From: the human T2T-CHM13v2.0 reference genome, Homo sapiens
Assembly (NCBI RefSeq): GCF_009914755.1
Contig: NC_060925.1
Reading direction: 5' to 3' (one strand)
Length of the DNA: 64,000 nt
Made by a program: the position numbers and the translations under genes
The notes under the pieces: model-generated
Told to the model about the DNA's origin: nothing
Database searches by the model: none
Seen by the model: the letters and a program-made list of their open reading frames with translations, nothing else
Shown here: positions 53,251 to 64,000 of the stretch, piece by piece
Numbering within the stretch: position 1 is the stretch's first letter
How the letters are laid out: every line of letters begins with the position of its first letter

Positions 53251-54726
53251 TCTTCCCAGACAAGAGGTCTTGAATCTCTCCCAGGATGAGGCTGTTAGGC
53301 TACCCACACAAACACGACGTCATCCATTGTCCCTCATTATTCATTATTGTTAGAGGGCTCTTAAGTCATCCTTTCTCCTTCTGAACTAGCCGTTGCTCAT
53401 CTGCTCATGTCTGTGGCTGCAGCAATTAATGCCAGTTTCAGTCAGTACAAACCAATCATTCCCTCGGTTTGCTTCTTTGGCTGCTATAAACAATTTTTTT
53501 TTTTTTTTTTTTGAGACAGGGTCTCGCTTTGTCACCCAGGCTGGAGCGCAGTGGTTTGATCTCAGCTCACTGCAGCCTCGACTTCCCCAGGCTCAGGTAG
53601 GTGATCCTCCCACTTCAGTCTCCCAAGTGGCTGGGACTACAGGCAGATGCCACCATGCCCAGATAATTTTTAAATTTTTTTGTAGAGACGGGTCTCACTA
53701 TGTTGCCCAGGCTAGTCTCAAACTCCCAGGCTCAAGTGAGTCTCCCGCCTCAGCCTCCTAAAGGGCTGGGATTACAGGAATGAGCCAGCGCTCCGGCCTA
53801 GAAACAATTTTTAAACCTTGTAAATCCAAACCCCATAAAAGAGAGGAACTGATTGGTTCTCCCACTCACCAATTTGTCAGGACTGCCCCTACTGGGCAGA
53901 GCTTTCGCACCAGCGGCCTCCGCCCTCCCCCATTCACACTAGCCTATAAAGTGGCTGCCTGAGATCCAGGGACCCGCCCATTCCTGGGCAGTGGTGGTTA
54001 GGGGCCCTTTGGGCTTTGGTTTTTGCAAACATTTTCTTTGCTTACCCTGATTCTTCTCTGGGCTGGTGCCAGTTTCGTGTGCTCCTACTCCCGCCCCTAT
54101 TCTTTGTTCATTGTTTACTGAAGCCTATTCTTCTCCTTCCTGTGGCTTCCCCACCTTTTTCCTGCTGCTTGCTCATTTTGGACACATCTCTAATTCTAAG
54201 TGATGACCACCTACGGTGCTTTCGGCAAGTCCCTTAGCTCCTTGGGCCTCCGTTTCCCCATGTGCATATTTGTGCTACTCAATTCCCACTTCACAGGGTT
54301 ATGAAAGGAGTTAATGTATCTGCGAGCTCCTGCTACACAGCGAGCACTAAACAAACATCAGTGTCTGCCTTTCTGTTTGGCTTCAGTCCTTAAAGCTGTC
54401 AACAGACCAGAGAGGCGGAGCTGGACTAGGAGAGAAGAACCTGAGTTCAAGCCTCTGCTGTGCGTCTAACTTGCTGTGTGACCTTGAGAAGCCCCTTTCC
54501 CTCTCTCGGACTCGGTTTCCCCATCTGTCCAATGAGGATTGGACTAGAGGAGCATTTCCCAAATTGAAACTAACAGCACGCCACACAGAGAAAGAGTATC
54601 TTTGGAGCCAGGTGCGGTGGCTCACGCCTGTAATCCTAGCACTTTGGGAGGCTGAGGTGGGTGGATCACCTGAGCTCAGGAGTTCAAGACCATCCTGGGC
54701 AACATGGTGAAAACCCGTCTCTACTA

Positions 54727-55155
<429 letters not shown>

Positions 55156-55676
55156 GCTGTAATCAGAGGAGGCCTGCTTCACTTTAATCCAGCATTTCCC
55201 AAACACATTGTGCGTGTGTGTTTGTGTGTGTGTGTGTGACACAGGGTCTCATTCTGTCACCCAGGCTGGAGTGCAGCGGCACAAACACAGCTTGCTGTAG
55301 CCTTGACTCCTGGGCTCAAGCAATCCTCCTGCCTCAGCCTCCCAAGTAGCTGGGACTACAGGCATGTGCCACCACACCCGGGTAATATTTTTGTATTTTT
55401 TTTGTAGAGACAAGGTCTCACGGTGTTGCCAAGGCTGGTCTCAAACTCCTGGGCTCAAGCAATCCTTCTGCCTGCCTCAACCTCCCAGAGTGTTGGGATT
55501 ACAAGCATGAGCCACCATTGCCTGGCCATGTTTTAACATTTTTCTTGGCTGAAAGGACATTATATTTGTGGAAAGAGAATGGCTTGCTGAGGCTGGAATG
55601 CACTGGGAAGGAGAGGAGACAGAGAAATTAGTTGTTCAGGATTAAGAAGCAAGTAGAGGCCAGGAGCTGTGGCTCA

Positions 55677-56228
<552 letters not shown>

Positions 56229-56264
56229 CTATATGTTCTATCCCTGCGCTGCCAGTGTGTGTGT

Positions 56265-56311
56265 GGGGGGGGGGGGGGGGGGGGGTGGAGGGGGAGGGGG
56301 GGTGGTGGTGG
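56265..56311. repeat. G-rich tract with a ~21-nt poly-G run
   Basis: Read directly from the sequence. Confidence 0.95.
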
Positions 56312-56481
56312 AAGGGCCCTCAAGGGAGTTGACAGCTGAAGGAGATCAAGAATTCAGTTGCAGGCCGGACGCGGTGACTCACACCTGTAATCTCAGTGCT
56401 TTGGGAGGCTAAGGCAGGTGAATCATGAGGTCAGGAGTTTGAGACCAGCCTGGCCAACATGGTGAAATCCCATCTCTACTA

Positions 56482-58222
<1,741 letters not shown>

Positions 58223-58567
58223 GCAGACAAGCCATGAAGCCCATTACAGTGGGGTGAGATATTAGAGCCGATTTTTCATAAAATCTTAAAGCATAAAAGG
58301 GCCTCAGTGAGCTGTAACACTTGTTAGATGACAGAGATCAACATCTGGATGAGCTTGATGTTAGATAAAGTCTCTGCTGTGACCTTGAGGAGTTGGACCA
58401 GGGACTGTCCAAGTCAGAGAGAGAAAGGTGTCAACTATGACTTGAATATTTCCAGCTTAGGCAGCTTGTCCTCTATGACAGCATGAGTTGAAATTGGAGG
58501 AGACAAAGAGGAAGAACAGATTTGGAGGAAAATGACAAGACCAATTAGAACACACTGTTGCATTTGA

Positions 58568-58915
<348 letters not shown>

Positions 58916-59023
58916 TAAATGCCAAAGTCTGCTGATGGATAATAAAAAAGAAGAATTCTTGCTAGAAGTTTCGGCCCATGTTCTCTTTTTTTTTTTAAGA
59001 TGGAGTTTCGCTCTTTTGCCTAG

Positions 59024-59474
<451 letters not shown>

Positions 59475-59502
59475 TGAGACAGACTCTCACTCTGTCACCT
59501 AG

Positions 59503-59736
<234 letters not shown>

Positions 59737-62700
59737 TGAGCCTCTGCGCCCGGCCTCGGCCCATGTTCTTACAGTAAAAGCTTTGAGGAGTCTGAAACCC
59801 AAATTCCATGTATTCATATCCTTGTTCATGCATTCATGTATTCATTCAATTTGCTCACTTAGCCAGCCATTCAGCAGGTAGAGTTATGCTTAAGAGAGGA
59901 CCCTAGAACCAGACTACCTAGGTTCAAAATCCAGCTCTATCTCTTACTAGGTGCATGGCCTTGGGCAAGTGACGTCATCTCTTTTTCTTTATCTCCAAAG
60001 CGGGGATGATAATAACAGTACCAATATTATTGTAAAGATTAAAAGAATGAATACCTGGAAAATTCAGACCACTGGCTGTGGTGGCTCATACCTATAGTCC
60101 CAGCTACTTGGGAGGCTGAAGCAGGAAAATCGCTTAAGCCCAGGAGTTCAAGGCTGCAGTGAGCTATGATTGTGTCACGGCACTCTGGCCTGGGTGACAG
60201 AGAGAGACCCTGTCTCTATAAAACAAAATCAGGCCGGGCATAGTGGCTCACACCTGTAATCCCAGCACTTTGGGAGGCCAAGGCAGGCAGATCACCTGTT
60301 CAAGAGCAGCCTGGCCAACATGATGAAATCTCCTTTCTACTAAAAATACAAAAAGTAGCCGGGTATGGTGGCACATGCCTGTAATTCCAGCTACTCCGGA
60401 GGTTGAGGCAGGAGAATCGCTTGAACCCAGGAGGCAGAGGTTCCATGAGCCAAGATCATGCCACTGCACTCCAGCCTGGGAGACAGAGCGAGACTCCATC
60501 TCAAAAAGCAAAACAAAACAAAACAAAAATTCAGATCAATGCTTGGAACATAAAAACCTATAGATATTACTTATTAATACTCAATACTTTTTTTTTTTTT
60601 TTTTTGAGATGGAGTCTTGTTGCTCTGTCATCCCGGCTGGAGTTGCAGTGGCACGATTTTGGCTCACTGCAACCTCCCCTCCGCCTCCCAGGTTCAAGCA
60701 ATTCTCCTGCCTCAGCCTCCCAAGTAGCTGGGACTACAGGCAAGCGCCACCACACCCGGCTAATTTTTGTAATTTTTTTTTTTTTGAGACGGAGTCTCGC
60801 TCTGTCGCCCAGGCTGGAGTGCAGTGGCGTGATCTTGGCTCACTGCAACCTCCACCTCCTGGGTTCAAGCAATTCTCTTCCTCAGCCTCCCGAGTAGCTG
60901 GGACTACAGGCGCCCACCACCATGCCCAGCTAATTTTTGTATTTTTATTAGAGATGGGGTTTCACCATGTTGGTCCGGCTGCTCTCGAACTTCTGATCTC
61001 ATGATCCACCCACCTAGGCCTCCCGAAGTGCTGGGATTACAGGCGTGAGCCACCGCACCTGGCTAATTTTTGTAATTTTTTTTTAGTAGAGACAGGTTTC
61101 ACCATGTTGGCCAGGCTGGTCTCGAACTCCTGACCTCAAGTGATCTGCCTGCCTCAGCCTCCCAAAGTGCTGGGAATACAGGTGTGAGCCACTGTGCCTG
61201 GCCTCAATAAATAATGTTTTGAGCACCTACTATGCAGCTGGCTCCATGCTGCACTGAGGATACAGTAGTGCAGAAGACAGAGAGAAGACCTGCTCCATGA
61301 CACTGACATTCTAGTCCTTATTCAGCACCAAGATCCTAAGTTTCCTTGGTTTTCTTTCGGATGTCTTGTCCCATTTGATTTTTAGAAAGACCCCATGAGG
61401 TTAGAGCAACCTTACCCCATTTGACAGAGGTGGAAACTGAGGCCCAGACAGGAGAACCGATGTCCTTTTTGCACAGTGCCTCAGCCGGCTGCCATGAATA
61501 TGTGTGTCCGTTTGACAAAGGCATGGGGATAGGAGTGGTCAGGAGGCTCCATGTCTCCCATCAGCCAGCTGTTCTTCCTCTGCCTGGAGCCCTTCCAGTG
61601 ACCCAGCTCTCAAATGTGGCCAACCTCTTGCCCCTGAGCGGGATCTCTGTAGCCCTCTCATGGCAGAGGTCCTGGAGGTGCGAAGTAGGGGTACCGTGCC
61701 CAGGCTGCCCCTCTCCCCACTTGGTCTCCTACGTGCAGTGGACATTTTTCCACTTGGTGTGACCACACAAAAACTCCACCCAACATCATCTTCATGGATG
61801 CCTAAAATTCCACCATCCATGATTCATTCTTTTAGGTTGAACAACTGCTCCCAGGAATGTCTGAAATTCCCTGGAATCAGTTGCTAACACCTTAGTGAGC
61901 TAAAAACTGGCCTTACAGATAATCATCTACCTTCTGTAGACAACTCTGGACCAGAAGAAGAAGTGACTTGCCCAAGGACACGTAACCTTGGGCAGTCAGT
62001 CAGTGGCAAGCCAGGGCCAGAGGCTGGCCTTGCTCACACATTTTCCTGGGACAGGAGGAACAGAGCCATATACGATGTTCCCTTGAATCACATCTACTTT
62101 GCAGCCTGCAGAGAGCCTCCCCACCCAGAGCCCACTTGATTCAGGCAATCCCTATGAGCTGGGCATGAGTCCCTCTCCCAGGCACAGTGGCTCACATAGA
62201 CATGGGGATGCCACAGGGACCTAGCCCAAACGTCCATTGCTGGATCCCTGGAGTGAGGTTTCTGGTCTATCCAAGGCCTAGTTTAGCTTCTCCTTCCGTT
62301 CTACCGGCAGCCCCAGATTCTTCCACTGCCTTCCTTTTTTTTTTTTTCAGTAAGCCCAAGTTGGTTTCTCTTGCTTCTAAAGAACTCTAATTGAAATTCC
62401 CACTTTACAGATAAGGAGACCAAGGTGTGAAGAGGAAAGGTGAATGCTAAGGTGGAGCCAGGCCTGCAACCCAGGTCTCCTATCTCCTGGCCCAGGCTTT
62501 TGCCTCCTGCCACGTTGCCTACTGTGAGCAGTTGGGTCCCGAGGAAAGAGAAGAGCAGAGAGGAGTGTGGGTGCATAAGCCTGAAGATAGAGGGTACAGT
62601 GGTTCATTGAGAGATTTTGGAGTCAGCAGATCTGATCTTACACTTACCTGTTATGAAGATTTTGACAAGTAATTTCATCTTCTCAGAGCCTAACTTCCCA

Positions 62701-64000
62701 GCTATAACATAAGAAAAAGAGGACCTTCTTATAGTAGACACAGACCCAACAGGAGCAGAGTGGGTGAGTAGAGCACTGGGTGGATTTTAGCCTTCACATA
62801 CTCATCTATGGCTGGGTACCTTTGTGCAGTGAACAATCTGGGCAACAGTACATGACAGCCCTGAGAATAATGATAATACCTGCCTTACATGGATGTTATA
62901 AAAACTAAATGAGATAAGGTATGTGAAGTTCTGGGCACAGTGCTTAACCACTTAATAAGTCTTCAATAAACAGTAGCTAAGTATTTTGACACCATCACCC
63001 CAGGCTCCGTCTGGAAGGCTCTGGAAGGCAGTCTGTGGTGAAATGGCAAGTCCCAAACTCCCCACTTTCTTACCACCAACTCCCAAACCTCATAATTTTC
63101 CTGGATGGCCTCAGTGTCCTGCCTCTCCCTCCAGAGTTCTGTGGGGTTGGCTGGACCACCAGGAACAGAGTTCTGGCATTTTCTATCACATCACAGCTTT
63201 CAGTTTGGTAAAAGCCCCCGATATATCAGGGCCCAACTGGCAAGTCCCTCCTGCTCCAAAGTTTTGAAGGTTCCAGGGTCAAGCCTTGGCCCCCAGCCTC
63301 CTCCCTCAGACCTGAGGCCGAGCATAGTATATTCAGGGGCCTAGCTGCAGCAGGTCCTGAAACCTGCTACAGCAGTCCAAGCCCCCTCAGGCCTCCTCTT
63401 TCATTTCTGAGCAGGCCCAAGCACCCAGCACCAAGAATGGCTGGACTTAGGGACTCTGGGAGAGCCACGTGTGCCAGGCTAGTGCCTGCCAGCTCTTAGG
63501 CTGATCTTACAATGGCTCCATTCACCAGGGAGAGGAGCTGGCCTGCCTGGAGCCCACGGGGTGATGTTCCAGGCCCCAGGGGGATGGGGTGGGAGGTTAG
63601 AAACTAAGAAAGCGGTTGTTAAGGCTGGGAGGGGTGAAGGTGCCCAGCCTCCACCACTACCAGCACCTTATGACAAGGTGACCACCTCACAACTGGGACC
63701 ATGAGAGATCAGATTCTCTGGGGCCCAGTGGGGGTGAGTAAGTGCGGGGGCAGATGGAGGGAAAGAGTTAGTCATGGGCATTGCGGGGCAGGGAGGCTGG
63801 GCCCTTAGCCCACGCTCTTGCTGGCATCTGAAGGCCCGTAGCCAGGGGGTGACGTGGTCTTGGTCCTTGAAGCAGCCCTTCCAGTAACAACTGGGGCATC
63901 CCAGCCAGGCAGCCTTTGCCTCTCCCCCTCCTCTCCATGCCTGCTACCCCAGGTCTCCAGGATCTCTCAAAGAGATTTTCATCTACAAACATCTCTGTCT

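Noticed and set aside
61421-61887. Possible processed pseudogene in unique sequence
   Set aside because: I could not match it to any protein, and there is no poly-A tail or TSD.

Overview
Primate, almost certainly human, genomic DNA. Bases 1-~21,700 (+ strand) hold the 3' part of SRRM1 (SRm160, SR-related splicing coactivator). I traced 12 constitutive coding exons and one 42-nt in-frame cassette exon through to the stop codon at 20713-20715, a ~1-kb 3'UTR and a poly(A) signal at 21676. The remaining ~42 kb is Alu-dense intergenic DNA with solo LTRs (MER41, MER4-family, LTR12, MLT1), L1/L2/MIR fragments and DNA-transposon relics. I see no second protein-coding gene; nearly all other listed ORFs are Alu read-through or antisense shadows. 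The most notable observations are: (1) a ~162-bp local inverted duplication fused to the 5' end of an Alu just past the SRRM1 poly(A) site, which looks like a template-switch chimera; (2) an L1 3'-transduction in the last intron; (3) several candidate poison exons and PTC-generating splice sites in repeat-free SRRM1 introns, including a GC-AG intron; (4) three neighbouring Alus whose target-site duplications appear permuted, implying two inter-Alu segments swapped order; (5) an antisense U13/SNORD13-like copy. Repeat subfamily names come from my recall of consensus sequences, not from a database search.
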